A stretch of 64,000 nucleotides of DNA from the human T2T-CHM13v2.0 reference genome, Homo sapiens. Location: NCBI RefSeq assembly GCF_009914755.1, contig NC_060937.1; one strand, written 5' to 3'. How positions within the stretch are numbered: the stretch's first letter is position 1; the number at the start of each line of letters is the position of its first letter. The position numbers and the translations under genes were made by a program. The notes below the pieces were generated by a model, which ran no database searches, was not told the DNA's origin, and worked only from the letters and a program-made list of their open reading frames with translations. This document shows, one piece after another, positions 12,791-27,224 of the stretch.

Positions 12791-14398
12791 CATCCAAATT
12801 GGCCTTCATGATATAAAAAATTCCTTCACGTTAGACTATAAAATTATGATAAGTATACACTGTATTTTATAATGTATTTTACACACATTCTTCCATGATA
12901 TTATGCTTGTACTTAAAAAATAGAGTGTATCCTTAAATTAAATTGTACAAAGACAAAAAAACATATAAAATAGTTCAGATAAATTATTAATGCATTTCAA
13001 AATGACCAAACACTTGTGAGAGAAAATAATCAATATTGCAAGAAAATACATTTTTGGCAGAATCCTCATTCAACTTAATTGTTACTGAGTATAGAGAACC
13101 ATCATCTAAAAAAGAAAAAAAATGTTGAAAACCTACACCTTACTATTCAAAACAACAACATATTTGAAAAAGAAAACAAGAAAGTAGGAAATAATCTATT
13201 TAAGTATTTTTAATTTGGTTTAAATTTTGTGGGAACTGAGCCTATTTGGTGTACTGAGAAAGAAGAGTTTGTCTTTATTCATTTACTGTGATAAAATATT
13301 TATATTATTTATCTTTTACTCCCCTACCTAACATTGTATTTAATGAGTTTAAGGTAGAAATAAGAATGAGTATTTTGCCAGTAAACTCTCATATCATTTA
13401 AAAAAAACTAAATTATTTAAATCTTATATGATGCTAGTTCCTTTATTTAGTTCTACAGAGATTATTTTACAGACACATATTTTATATATAATATATATAT
13501 TTATATTATATGAATATAACGTACTGCTACTTGGAAAGAAGGTGCTGCTAGACATTCTATTTAACTATAAATTAAGTGAAAGCAGTCTTGTAATAAATTA
13601 ATTCTATTCTAAAATATATTTTATAAATATTGCTGTTAATATAAAAATTCTTTTGAAGTAATGGATAACTCCCTTTGCAATTACTCCCAGTACCACACAT
13701 GTGCTAGCACAATGGCAAAACAGAAAGTTGATGAGTCTCAAATAATTGATTGCTTATTTTCTGTTTATACCTTCCTTTATAATTAAATAAAGACATGCCA
13801 TATGGAAACAAATAAAACGTTAACTCTTAGATTGCTTTTGAGGTTACAGAGCCTAAAGATACATATTCCATGAAATTTTGTTCCAAAATGAAGTAATTTG
13901 CTAACTGTATCCTCACTAGCCAAAGGATATATAAAATTTCCTAAAGCATTTTTACATTTGTGGGTTAAAAGGACATATTTAATAACTGCAAAACACCAGA
14001 AACTGTGCTAAGTCCTGAAAATGTAAAAATGAAATGCACAAAACATTCCGTTTTCAGGAAGTCACAACCCAAGGAGAAAGACAGACTTGCATTCATAGTC
14101 ATAACAGACAAGGATACACATTCTATTTGAAAAACTCAGCATACTCTACCAGAACTCTTCTCACCAAGACAGCCCTTACTAAAGCAATCAGGAACTTGAA
14201 TTTCAGGGAGACAGAAGGCAAGGTAACATACAATCTTGCTTATTCCCAAAGAAGTGAGCTGAACTGAAGCTTCGACTTAATATAGAAGTTGAAAAGAGAA
14301 ATGACTTAGAACGTTGTCATAGGGTCATTACTTCACATTATCTTTATGTGAATATTTTCACTTATCCATAGAGGGTATAATGAACTATAAAGAGACTA

Positions 14399-14845
<447 letters not shown>

Positions 14846-16229
14846 CTACTTCATAGAATCACTCAGCTGGAAGAAGAAGAACAGTCATCAAATTTAGCCA
14901 CTTCTAATGTTACAGATTAAGAAACACAGATATTATTATTGAGAAATGAATAATTTGCCCAAGGTCAAGTAATGATTCCTCTTTGTTCTTAGTTTATTTT
15001 GTCCATTATAGGACTCTAATTGATTCTTAGAGGTAGAAGAAAAATAATCTTATTGCATCTTAAGACAAAAAAGGAAGCAAATATTTTTTACAAGTATTAT
15101 TTGGTCTATAAGTTTTATTTCCTTCACCATTATGCTTCAGAGTATCTGACACAGAAGCTTTGAAAGCAGTGAGATCTGAACACAAAAATAGAATGTCTGT
15201 GGTTTTATTCATATTTAGGAGCAGCAGTTTGAAGAAAGTGAAGCTGCAGCTGTACTTTTCCATGTTACTTAGCAACTGGTATGAGACAAGAAAATCACTG
15301 AAAATCGTAGCCACTGGTGGGAGCATGACAAATGATATTTGAAAGAAAAAATTGCGAGGTCGATCTACCTGTCGACTATCAACATGCTATTAAGAAATAA
15401 AATGAGAATCATTACTATGTTAATGATGTAAATTCAATTTTGAAGACTAGTAATGACTCTCAGGCACAGGGAGCCTCCTACGGCAATGGGTACGATGCCT
15501 GTCAGGGTACATTCTCCAGTGAGATTTGCTGAACTGAATTATTAGGCAAATATTTCTTGCCTCAGTCATTAATTTAGTTTATATATGATGAAGATAAGTT
15601 TTCACCTTAGCATTGACATATTTTGGTGAAATTTACAATGGCATGTTTATGATTTAAAAACATTTAAAAGCCATCTAAAATCACAGTATTCAAATATGTA
15701 CCACTAAAACATGGAAGACGTTTAGATAAGAAGAAATAAAGGCTAAAAATGAGATCCATTATATAAACCAAATCAGTTAAAGAAGGTGTAAGAGAATAAT
15801 GTATGAGTTACTTGATATTTAGAAAACTATTTTGCTTTCAAAAGTAAGAAATGTGTTCTAAAAATCACAGAAGAAATTATTTCTAAATAGACCACTATAT
15901 CTAAAACTTGAGAGCAAAATTGATTAAATGAAAAAAAATTCATACTAAGAAATATTTATCTAAAACTTTAGAAAGCATTTCAGCAAAGTGCGTAGGCATC
16001 TAATGTACATATTGAAATTTCTTGATATTTTCACATATACGAGCTTAGCTGAAAAAACATTCATTATAAAACTTTGAAGCTTTATTATTAACAGTGATTG
16101 GTTCTACAAATATTTTTAATCAATATAACTTGTCACTAACTTGAACTAAGCTTTTTTTTCTCCTAATGCAAATTAGATAGGGCTATCTAAAATCATTCTC
16201 TAAGCTTTCTTCACCCCTCTCTTATCATT

Positions 16230-17430
16230 GCCTTCACCTTACCATAAACCCCCATCATTTCTGGTCTGAACTATAAAATTAGCCTTGTGGTGGTATTACT
16301 ACTGTTTCCCTAAACACCTCTTTACAAACCTTCAGAAGGAGTCAGAGTGGTGTATATAAAACACATTATAGAGATATTTTAGATCAATCACTTACTTTCA
16401 ATTGCTTCAAATATCCTGTACAACACCAACTCCATTTCATAAACCACTTACTAACATCAGTTATTCTGTCCTTTTCTATTTCTGTTCCAGAATCCTGAAG
16501 GTGTTTGATGTAGATTTTAAAATTTCTTTTATTATCACTTTTAATTCATTCCAACATGTGCAGGTTTTCCCTAACGCACAAATAGGATCTCTTCATCTCA
16601 GGGTCTTTTTAACTTAGGAGACTTTTTATAGAGACAACTTGCTGTTCTCTCAGCCTGGACTATTTCTTCCCTTATCCCAAAAGATCTCAACTTAAATATT
16701 ATGTCTTTAAATTATTTTTTCCTCAAAAGATGCTGTAAGGAGAAAATCTTGCAATCATATTTAAAAAAAAAAGTATTTCCTCAAACTCGGAGGGAGCTGA
16801 GAGATCAAAGAATGACTTGGCCAAGTTCAGCTTGGAGAGGAGATGAGTTTATTAAGACTTACGAAGTACTCTTGGGTGGCAGCAGGACGGCTCTAGAGAT
16901 CTGGGCTGCTTCTCATTCCTAAGCTGCTTTTAAGCTAATTTTCTGGTTTTTTGGCTACCATGCATGTGTGATGAGACCATTTTCCTTGTTAGTTCTAATA
17001 GGGTACAATAGGACGGTTTTCCTTGTTAGTTCTAATAGAGTACAATGGGACTGTTTTCCTTGGTAAGTTCCTTTGGGTTCTCAGGGATACCTGCTCCTTG
17101 GCTGGGCATCATGGCCTTGGCTTACTGCCTGGCCTTCAGGGTTTGGGAAGCTGAATAAGTAACCTGGCAGGGACCCATCACACTATAGATGCTAAGTAAG
17201 CTCTTCTTCTAACCAATCTCTCTGTAATATATCACCCTGTAATCAATTTTTGTGAATATACTAATATACTAAATTTAATATTTACTTAAATGTTTTACTT
17301 GTTTATGCTCCTGTCATCTTGTGAGGTTCTTGAGAACATACCCTTTGTATGAATTGTTCATTGGTGTATCCTCAGCACCTAGGACATATGACTAGCATAT
17401 TTTGTACCCCATAAATATTAGTTGATTTCA
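16230..17430 (+). mobile_element. L2 3' fragment interrupted by an LTR
   Basis: ccatcatttctggtctgaacta...tctcagggtctttt...tctcaacttaaat, resuming after 17192 with ttgttcattggtgtatcctcagcacctaggaca...aaatattagttga. Confidence 0.65.
16734..17187 (-). mobile_element. ERVL-class solo LTR (LTR47-like)
   Basis: TG..TA ends with perfect 5-bp TSD GATGC (16729-16733 / 17188-17192); ctaagctgcttttaagctaattttctgg and tttgggttctcagggatacctgctcc recall LTR47. Confidence 0.75.
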
Positions 17431-19984
17431 TAACTACATGGATGATAATCAATATGGACTCATTAGTGGAGTAGAAATAATCAAATACAAGACATAATAT
17501 GAAATGAAAGGAGGAGGTAAAACAAAAAACATACTAATGTTTAAAATTCTGTTTTTCAAAGTGCTGTGTAAGCGATAGTGTTGCAGTCTCTTGCGAAGGA
17601 AACTTTTAGAGGTCTTGCATACTAACCTATGCTGTTCTCTCCTCCATGGTAAATGCTGCATCCTAGTGCTGAGACAATTGCATCATACCATGTTGGAGAC
17701 TCAACTAATCCAGTCAGCCGAGATTCACTAAATGTTGTAGGAGGAGAAAGAAATGATCCTTTGTTCTGTTAAGAAACTGAGACTTAGGCTCTTCATCTCA
17801 TAGGAAATCTTCAGGTTTCAAAGAGTCAATGCGTTCACATAAATTACATGCAAAATATTGAGTGTATGTGTATTTTTTTAGAAGAGTGTTCACAGTTTAA
17901 TCAGAATATAAAGGATATCCTTGATCTCTTTTCTCTCATCACAGCTTCTCAGAATCTACAAATTAAACAAACTGAAAAACAAAATGAAAACAAAATTTGG
18001 TTTGCATACAGGTATTTCACATCAAATTGGAGTGAATGACATTAATTTAAAATCTAAGTTGCATTACTAATCTTCTCACTCATTGTACAGTGTTTTGTTT
18101 GGTATATTTTGTCTCTTTCTGAAAAATGGACATTCATGTTTTATTCACTTGTATCTAACATTATCAGGTAATGAGGTTTTAAAACTAATTCATCTAATCA
18201 CAGAGGATTTAATAATATAACTCTAATGTAAAACCACAAAGGACAGAAAACCTCATACCTAATATATTAATGTGTTCATTTATTTAGAATATCAGAGGTA
18301 ATAGGGGATTGTGACTGAGAACACAGCCTCCCAAACAAAGATACTGGATTTGAATCCTGATAACAGACAAATAATAGTAATAGTGCCTGCTTACTGTCAT
18401 TGTGAGAAGATTTAGTGACTAGGAAGCAGAGGGTGTGGTATATAGTAGGTATAAGAATTTTCATTTTTGCATGGTTCTGATGTGCAGTAATTTCATTGAC
18501 CATGGTTTAAATAGCATCAGTTCCCCAAAACACAATTACAACTGCAGTTATGACATTATATTAACTGTGGTACTTGCTCAAAGTAGAATCTTCTCTGCTA
18601 GCTCCTCAGGACACTAAAAAACTACATAAATAATAGATGTGCATGAAGATCAGTGGCCATTCCCACCACTACTTCCAAATTCTGTCCTTGACTGGTCACT
18701 GTGCACCTGTTATTCAGTTCCCACACAGACAGCAAAGCATATAGTTGGGTCTCCTCCTTGTCTCCCAGAGATAAACCCCTGTGACACTTTATAAAAATAG
18801 ATAAGTGAAAGAGGGAATTGAACAAGAAGGATGAAGGTACAGCAAATAAATGAAAAGAAATAACTCTGAAAATGAAATTAGAATCATAAAGTAAATGGAA
18901 TTAAAGGAGATAGTTATTAATATGCATGAATAAAATGGTTGTGACAAAAAGAGTGAAGATGTCCTGAAGGAAGTAACATGGGCAAAAGTACTTCATATTA
19001 AAGGAACTCTCAGAGGCATTTTACAACATTGAAAGCACAAAGGATAAAATGTTCGGAGCTGATTCAGTGTCAGAACGGAGAATGACAATTTGCCAAGGCA
19101 TAGAAGCACACTGTTGAAAATTAAACAACATGAGGTAAAAGGAAGCAATGTCCTAGCTACTGATAATATTTTACAAAGAAATGAAATAATTCTCATTTTT
19201 AATTTTTTAATTACAATTTACTAAGTAAATGCTAATTTTACTAATTTTATTTTTCTTTACATTCATGCTATGAAGAGAGTTATTAACATATTGGCAAAAA
19301 AAATTAAAAGCCATACAACAATTGTAATTTTCCCCATCGATTATGATTGCTTTGCACAGCTTCTGCTTACATGGCCATTTTTATAGGGCAGTGTTATCAC
19401 ACAAAATGCCTATATTAAATAAAAGTTAGCTACCATGTATTGATGCAATTTTACTTATCATATCATTAGTATCTGCCTTGCCCACTTTTGCTCCTCTTTC
19501 TTTTAATTTGATTTCATCTTGTTTGCATGGATTTGAATAAGTTCTTTGTTAATTAAGGTATCTAATCCTTTTCTGCTGAAGTAGTTAAAAGATATTCCTC
19601 TTTCAGGTCTTCATTTCTGAGCTTAAGAACGATAGTTTTTCATTTAGACATTTTAATTTTTTAATCACTGCAGTTATTTAGCCTTTTGGGCATCTGTATT
19701 AGATTCACAGATTGATTAAACTTTCATTCGTCAGTTTTTTTAACTCTATAAACTAAAGATAACATTACTACTTATCTCACACAGTTATTGTGTGAATTAG
19801 ACGTGTATATATGTGCCAAGCCTTATAATACAGGCTGTCCCAGTTGAGGAATTATGTATATGACAGTTGATTTTGTCATTAGTAAAACTTATTAACTTCT
19901 TATCCAAGTAAAACTATAAGAAGTTGATGGATCTTTGGATCATATTTTTGTAAAAAAAAAAAAAAGCTATAAGAAGTTGAGTTA

Positions 19985-20700
19985 GAACAATAAAAAGACA
20001 TATTTGCCATCCCTAGAAAGCTCACAGTCTTGTGGGAGGCAGAGAGAAAAGGTGCTTTAACAGAGATAAAGGCTAAAATAAACATTAAGGGACTAAGACA
20101 GCACCCCATCGACCTAAGCCAATACATACTGGTGACACCAGGGAAAGGATCTCAGAGAAGGTGACAATTCATACTCAAATTAATGCAAAGAAAGACATTT
20201 AAAACAGTGACAATAGGATATGCAAAGAGAAAATATGCAAAAAAAAAAGAATGACAAAATTAGGGAAGTACATGTGGTTCAGGACGACTGAAAAAGAGGA
20301 AACTATCTGAGTGTTTGAAGTTAATGTTCCAAATACATCTGTAAAGGAAAGAAAGGAACATATCATAAAGTGGCAAGTGATTCACGATGGGAACACATAA
20401 AATATATTGAATAGAGGATTTGCATAAATACATCTGCAATTTAGAAAAATCAACCTGGAAGTGGAAAAGAGACATGATTAAGGAGAAACAAAGCTTATGG
20501 CAAAACTGGAACGTAAGGGGCAGTTAGAGGAATGATCCACAGAGAGATCATGGGAACCCAAATGGTGGCAGTGGGGCTGGCTCTAAGGAATAGACAAGAA
20601 CTAGGAGATATTAACAAAATAGAACCTACATCCATGGTACCAAGAGATGTCTTCGGCCAAAGAGAAGGCTGATTTTAAAGGTGAATTCCTAACAGGAAAA
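19985..20700 (-). mobile_element. L2 fragment
   Basis: aaagacatatttgccatccctagaaagctcacagtcttgtgggaggcag...ctcagagaaggtgacaatt. Confidence 0.65.
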
Positions 20701-23689
20701 AAAAAAAATTGTGGAATTTAGTAGCATCTTCTTTTACTGTAATATATGACCCTTGCTTTTTAAATTTAATATGACATTAATATTTAAAGTGGGTTTAGTA
20801 AGATTTATTTTATTTCAACTATGAATCTACATTTTTAGAAAGTTAAATATATTTTATAAAGACAATTTGTAAGAATTTTTTTAGATTATAAATTTCATAA
20901 TAGTGTTTTATCTCAAGAGATGTAAGGTTCTGAAACAAAGAAATTCTCATCTCTTAAGAGTGGACTGTGGTACTCTGGGTGTGCTTGATTCATTTGCATC
21001 TCAACATCCTTTCATAAGGATCCCCAGGAGAAATTGCTATCTGATTTCAGTATGAAGTATAGTGTATTTTCTCCTTAGCAATTGTTTTGTTTTTTATCTC
21101 ATGGACATTGTAAATTTTGTAACTTATAATCTTTTTTTATTTATCACTCAGATCTATTTTTAGATCTACAGTAGGCTTGTGGGTTATTACAGTTTATCTG
21201 CAGTAGGCTTGTGAGTTATTTTTCTCTTTCTTGATTCCACTTTGTTCCCACTTTTTTTTCTGAAATAGCGCTCTTATCTTTCCATTTTATACACCCTTGT
21301 AAGAGATCTTAAATCATTCTGGTAACAATATATGAAATGCATAATAGATAAAAATCAACCTCATAGCTTGATTCTCTCTGCATTGGTAAATGTGTTTTCT
21401 ATTTATTAAAGGTTGAAGAGTTCTCTGTATCCTTTCCCAGTTTTCTGTTAAATCACGCTACATAGAATCCCTTTCCAATGAGCTGATGCTTTGGACATGA
21501 ACAAACTTTACAGAAAAGCCTCTGAACCATAGCTACTACCTCTGTGCTAGTAAAAGCCTCATTTAGTCCTTGCCTTGAACTATGTCCTAGAAAATGATGA
21601 CTTTTGACAAATGTGAAAGAATAGCCACTAGAACTGCTCACCTCGTGGAGAGACAGACATCCTTCCTCACTGTGTTACCAGATACCGACTGAGCTGCCCC
21701 CCTCTCAGTTAATGTTAAGGTTGTGGTATAAAGTGTGGACTATGAGAAAAGGCTAACTGACACCCAATGTTTGATATTCCCCAAGTAAGTATTGCTAAAT
21801 GCACCTTACAAAACGCTACTGGGAATTTCAAATTCATTATGTTCTGGAAGAATGATCTAATTCAAAGACATCTCTGCTTTGATAACTTATCTACCTTTAG
21901 AAATCTCATTTCTTATTTCTATTTTCTGGCTGCATAGGAAGTACAAGAGAACATATTTGACAGCTTTTGAAAGATAATTGATAGTGATAGAGAAAATCAT
22001 ATAGCTTTGAACTAAAGCATAAAAATGACAAATCTATTACATGGGATCTTTCTCTCTCTCTCTCTCCAGTGTTAGATATTTGGTCCTAAAATGGATCTAA
22101 ATCATATAAAGGCAGCACTGTAACATTTCAGGCTTACATTTTGATACATCAGTTACTAGGGCTTAAAAGTCTGCTACTACAAAATGAGATGTATATTGTG
22201 CCTGATAACAGAGCAAGGGAGGCTGTTTTAAAAAGGACTGTGACTTTTTCTTCCACTGTAAAGGATTCTCTATTTATGGTAGAAGATCGTCCATCACATT
22301 TAATCCTCTCTGGGTAAAAGTTGCTTGGAGATAGAATAAGCAGAAAATAAATTATATTCTATTCTTAGCAGTAGAGCTTGCTAAACTGATTCTGTTAATT
22401 AAGCATTTAGATAAATGAAATAAATTATTTATATTTTTGGCATATTACATTCTTTATGTCAGACTGTAATTCCTCATTTCTTTCTTATACATGATGAAAC
22501 AGATATATTAATTAGTATGATGTTTAAACAATTTCTTCTACTGTGGGAAGAAAGCAAACAAAATAAATTTTGAAAACCTCCAAAAATAAATTCTGGTATT
22601 TTTTTATAGGCATAGAGGATTATATGAAACTAAATTATCACTCTTGGTCAGAAGTAGCATAGTGAAAAATAAGATTTTAGGGGTTTGGGTTATTTTTATT
22701 ATCATTACTATCTAGATAAAGTGCTAGATTTGGTAGTTCCAACCTCTCTGTATTTGGTGTATGAACCCTGATATTTCTTTATAAATAATGTAAAGATTAA
22801 ATGGAAAGAAAATACTTAAAAGCTTTTGAGATGGTGTAGGGATTCTAGAACATGATGGTCTGAACTCAATTCCATTTTCCTCTAAACTCTAAGATACTTT
22901 TCTTTTATTGTGCAATAAATGCTATGATCTACAGGTGCTGTGTGCAGTAAAGCATGGATAAAACTGGTGGAAAATATTTTCATGAAGGTGCTAGAAATGG
23001 TGCTGGAGAACAGAGCATACAAGAAAGTGTATGACCTTTGAATTCCCAGGCTGAAGTCAAGAAGCATGTATAACTATGTTTCACTCTAACACTCATTTTT
23101 AAAAAAGCACAAATGTTGGGATTATGGGCTGAATCTTTCCTACTTTGACCTGCTTCGCCATTGTGAGAATATAGGAATTTTGGAGAGCAGCAAGGTTTTC
23201 TGCAGGGTTATACTTTATTGATAGATACCTCTTTCTATATATGTGTTAGATATATGTATGTAATACATATCACAATAAATATTTCAAATTCCAGAGTAAT
23301 AAAATGGAAATCATGAGGAAAATGTTAAGATGATTAGAAGACATCTCTAGAATTAAAATGCACACAATAAGTGTCCTTAAGACAATAATTAATAGAAGTA
23401 CAAGATAAGTACTTCACTAAAGAAAAAATATCTTAAAATTTTCATGCAATACAAAAAAATTCACAAGGAAAATATATTTTGACATCAAACTTCTCCCATT
23501 AACTGCTACATTAGAAATTATCATGTAATAAACATTGTAAAATGAGTGCTGTCATCCTGTAATCTTATCTAGTCAAGCTATCACGACTTGTTAGAGAAAG
23601 GCAATCAAAGATATACAATAACTGTAATGTTGCGCTTAAGAAAAATACATGAGAAAAAAACCAAACAGTGAATGAACAAGAACCTTATG

Positions 23690-24175
23690 AGTCTCTCATG
23701 CAAATCTAAGTATTGTCAGCATTTTATCCTAGATTATCTTGTCAGGAATGTTTGTATAGAGTGACAATACAAACATTGGAAGACAGAGATAGAGACTCCT
23801 TACAGAGTAGGGAGCAGGTTTGTTTACTCTCCAGTAACATAGTGATAGAACAAAGACAAGTGATATGCATTATAATAAAAATAATACATCTTTTTGGTCA
23901 AAGATGAGGCAGGTTAGCTTGATAAAATATTTGAGCTTCCTAAAATTGAGGTTCCTTAGCTGCATGCAAATCATTCACCTGGGCTCCTCACTGTAGTCCA
24001 CGTAGAACTTGAGGTGAAGAGAAATAGACATGAGCATGACGCTCCTGTTGCCTGCTGTACTGTGAATTATAACTTCCTCATGTCTTCTGCCAGAACCCAT
24101 GAAATTGCCATAGGCCAACTTGTTGGCCTGCAAGAAGGGTGAAATCTCAGATCTTGACTGTGAATACCAATACAT
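23690..24175 (+). mobile_element. MER21/MER77-like ERVL LTR
   Basis: 3' part ctcatgtcttctgccagaacccatgaaattg..ggccaacttgttggcctgcaagaagggtgaaatctcaga. Confidence 0.7.
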
Positions 24176-25333
24176 ACAGACACCTTTTACAAAGATATTT
24201 AATAAAAGAGGTCAAAAGTAGAAGAAAATAAGTAAAAATGAAAGCCAATAAATAAGTAACAACTAAATAGATTATAGTATAATACATCTATACCATTTAT
24301 ATTGTATAGGTTATAATATACAAATATACAATTATAATATACAAGTATAGGTTATAATATACAATATACCCAGGGGAAAGGGTGGCAGCTTTATAATATA
24401 GGGGTGAAGACCTACGAGAAAAGGAGGAGACAATTATGGAAAAAAAATGAAAGATTAATAAAAATCCATGTGTATAAATAAAGTATTATATAAACCTTAA
24501 TTTATAGAAGTAATTTTATTACTTTGTTTGTAGCCAGTGGGCTATGTTGACCCTGGCTCTGGTAAACATATTATTTACACTCAATAGTCATATGAGGAAT
24601 GACACACTTGAATTCTAAGAAGACTGGAGGATTGATGTTAGAGCAAGAAAGGCCTCAGCAACCGTGCATCGGTAACTTCATTATACACACGAGGGAATTA
24701 GAATGCAACAGACTGTACAGAATGTGTGCAGATCCACAATGTGTTAAGAAGCAACGCAAAATAATTTGACTTAAGATTGCTAAAAACATTTAAAAGAAAC
24801 CAGTTCCAATGTCATTATGCCAGTTCTATCTGTATATGACAAGCCAGGTGACTCAGGAATGTTTTCATCTTGGATCAGTGGATAGGTGATCACAATAAAA
24901 ATCAAAACAAGAGGAAACAGCACTGAAGGATATGCACTTAGAAGACCTCTAAATCTTTTCTAGTTCTCAGACAATGTTGTAGCTGTTGGATCTGCTCATA
25001 GATCTCAGGGTTCTCCTTGGGTTCATATCTTATAATTTTACTTATTTTTTTTTTTTGCTCTGGCATGTGTGATTCAGTTTTTCTTTTATATGAGTTTGCT
25101 GTAAACAAAATTTTAAAAAATAACTGTCATTTAACAGGATGACTCCCTTAATGTTTTCAATTTTAAAATTATTTTTAAAAAACTTGAATTGCTACAGGAA
25201 GGGAATGCATGTTAGCAAGAACAGATGCCAGTTTTTGATGATTTTTACAGAACTTTGATACCTTACAGGCATTGTCTCCTTCCCAACATAATGCAGTCAC
25301 TTACGGTCATAAATTCAACCCAAGTAGAGATAA

Positions 25334-25754
<421 letters not shown>

Positions 25755-25899
25755 TGTTTTTATTATTTTGTCAGAAATGGAAGACATATTCTACATCATT
25801 TCTGATAATTTATTTAATAGAAATTAGTCTTGCTACTATTGCTATTCCAATCACCAAATATAAAAAAAGTAAATTGTGATATCATTTTTTCTGGAATTT

Positions 25900-26465
25900 T
25901 GGTAGCTGGGGAAGCCATATAGATTGACATTGCAAAGTATGCTGGAGGACAGGGTGGTTTAGATTAAAGCAATAACCATAAAACAAAAGAGGTGTAGGTG
26001 GAAAAGTGAGATTTCTTGTCCTCCTTCAGGGTGATTGCCTTCAATGGTTGTGTGGCTCTTTCCGATCTGTATTTTGAGTGCTCACTGTGGTTAACAGAGA
26101 CAGATCCTGCAAAAGAGTAAAGACTCTTAATTTTTGTGGCATCCACGTATTTCCACACTATTCTAACAACCCACACTAGGCCTATCTCAATTTTTCAGCA
26201 ATCCTAGCTGAATTATTCTTACTGGTGTCCAGTTTCATCGACCCTAGGTGGGCATGCATTTGTGTGGTGCTTTCTCTCTAGAGACACTGTATCTTAGAGT
26301 TGGAGCCAGTTATTTACTCTGTGAACTCAGTTTTCCAATAAGATTGTTGAAAGTCATGAGTTTCAATGTAGTTTTTTTCCTTTTTGTCATAAGATTGGAA
26401 TCATCACTAATATCAATTATCTACATATTCCAGTTCTATATATACCAAAGTGGAAGCCAGAACTT
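25900..26465 (-). mobile_element. Old L1M 5'-end fragment
   Basis: actctgtgaactcagttttccaataag...aagtcatgagtttca...ggaagccagaa is typical of antisense L1MC/MD 5' termini. Confidence 0.5.
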
Positions 26466-27224
26466 ATTCAATTTTATTTAAATATTTGATATAAAAGATT
26501 GAATTGAATAGTTTTAACTATCCCCTTGAGTCCAGATCCGCTGTGTCCTTGTGTCCATCCAGAAACCTACACAAGTTGTGCAGTATTTTTGATGAGTTAT
26601 TATAAAAGACTAAAATGTCGAGACTTTCTTAAGAAACAATATTGAAAGTCCTTTTTCTAGATGTTTCAGCAAAAGCTGAATTTAATATTCAATATTTAAT
26701 AGAATATTTAATATTTAATATTTATATATTTAATAGACCATCTTCAGTTTTCTAGTCATATGTTGAAAATCTTGATTTTTAATTCATAAAAAATGTTTTT
26801 GAGTAGCAAATTTAGAACACTCAAGACAATTCACTTTATACCCAGTTCTAGACAAGAGATAGGATTGTAAACTATCGCTACACTCAGGAGCATAGTTTTA
26901 TTTTGTTTTAATTTGCTATTTGTGAAACCATCATTGTCAAACAGAAGATATTTATGCATAGGTATAAAGATGAGTGTGCGTGAGACAGCGAAAGCTCTAA
27001 TAAGAGAGAACTCTAAGCCTCTCTTTACCAATGTGGAGATCTGTAGTTCTGGAAATAGCTTCTTTCCAAAATGCTTTGTTCCTTTTGGAGCTGTTTTCTG
27101 AAATGATGCTCAATCTGAGGTATAAACTTTTCTTATTTTCTTTCCTTGTTCAACATACTCCATAGCTATTATCTGTTCAATTAGTGTAATTATAATTGTT
27201 GGTGTTGAATACAACTATAATACT

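Noticed and set aside
12555-12872. Hydrophobic and K/E-rich ORFs
   Set aside because: Artefacts of a CT-rich low-complexity tract.
16971-17070. CRISPR-like appearance of short direct repeats here and at 44348 and 60300
   Set aside because: Eukaryotic context, tandem units without unique spacers, no cas genes.
19941-19949. catattttt resembling the U6 snRNA 3' end
   Set aside because: Only 9 nt match and the upstream bases differ; insufficient to call a U6 retrocopy.
26680-26735. (AATATTT)n array, and the TA-rich duplication at 24300-24370
   Set aside because: Ordinary AT-rich slippage repeats.
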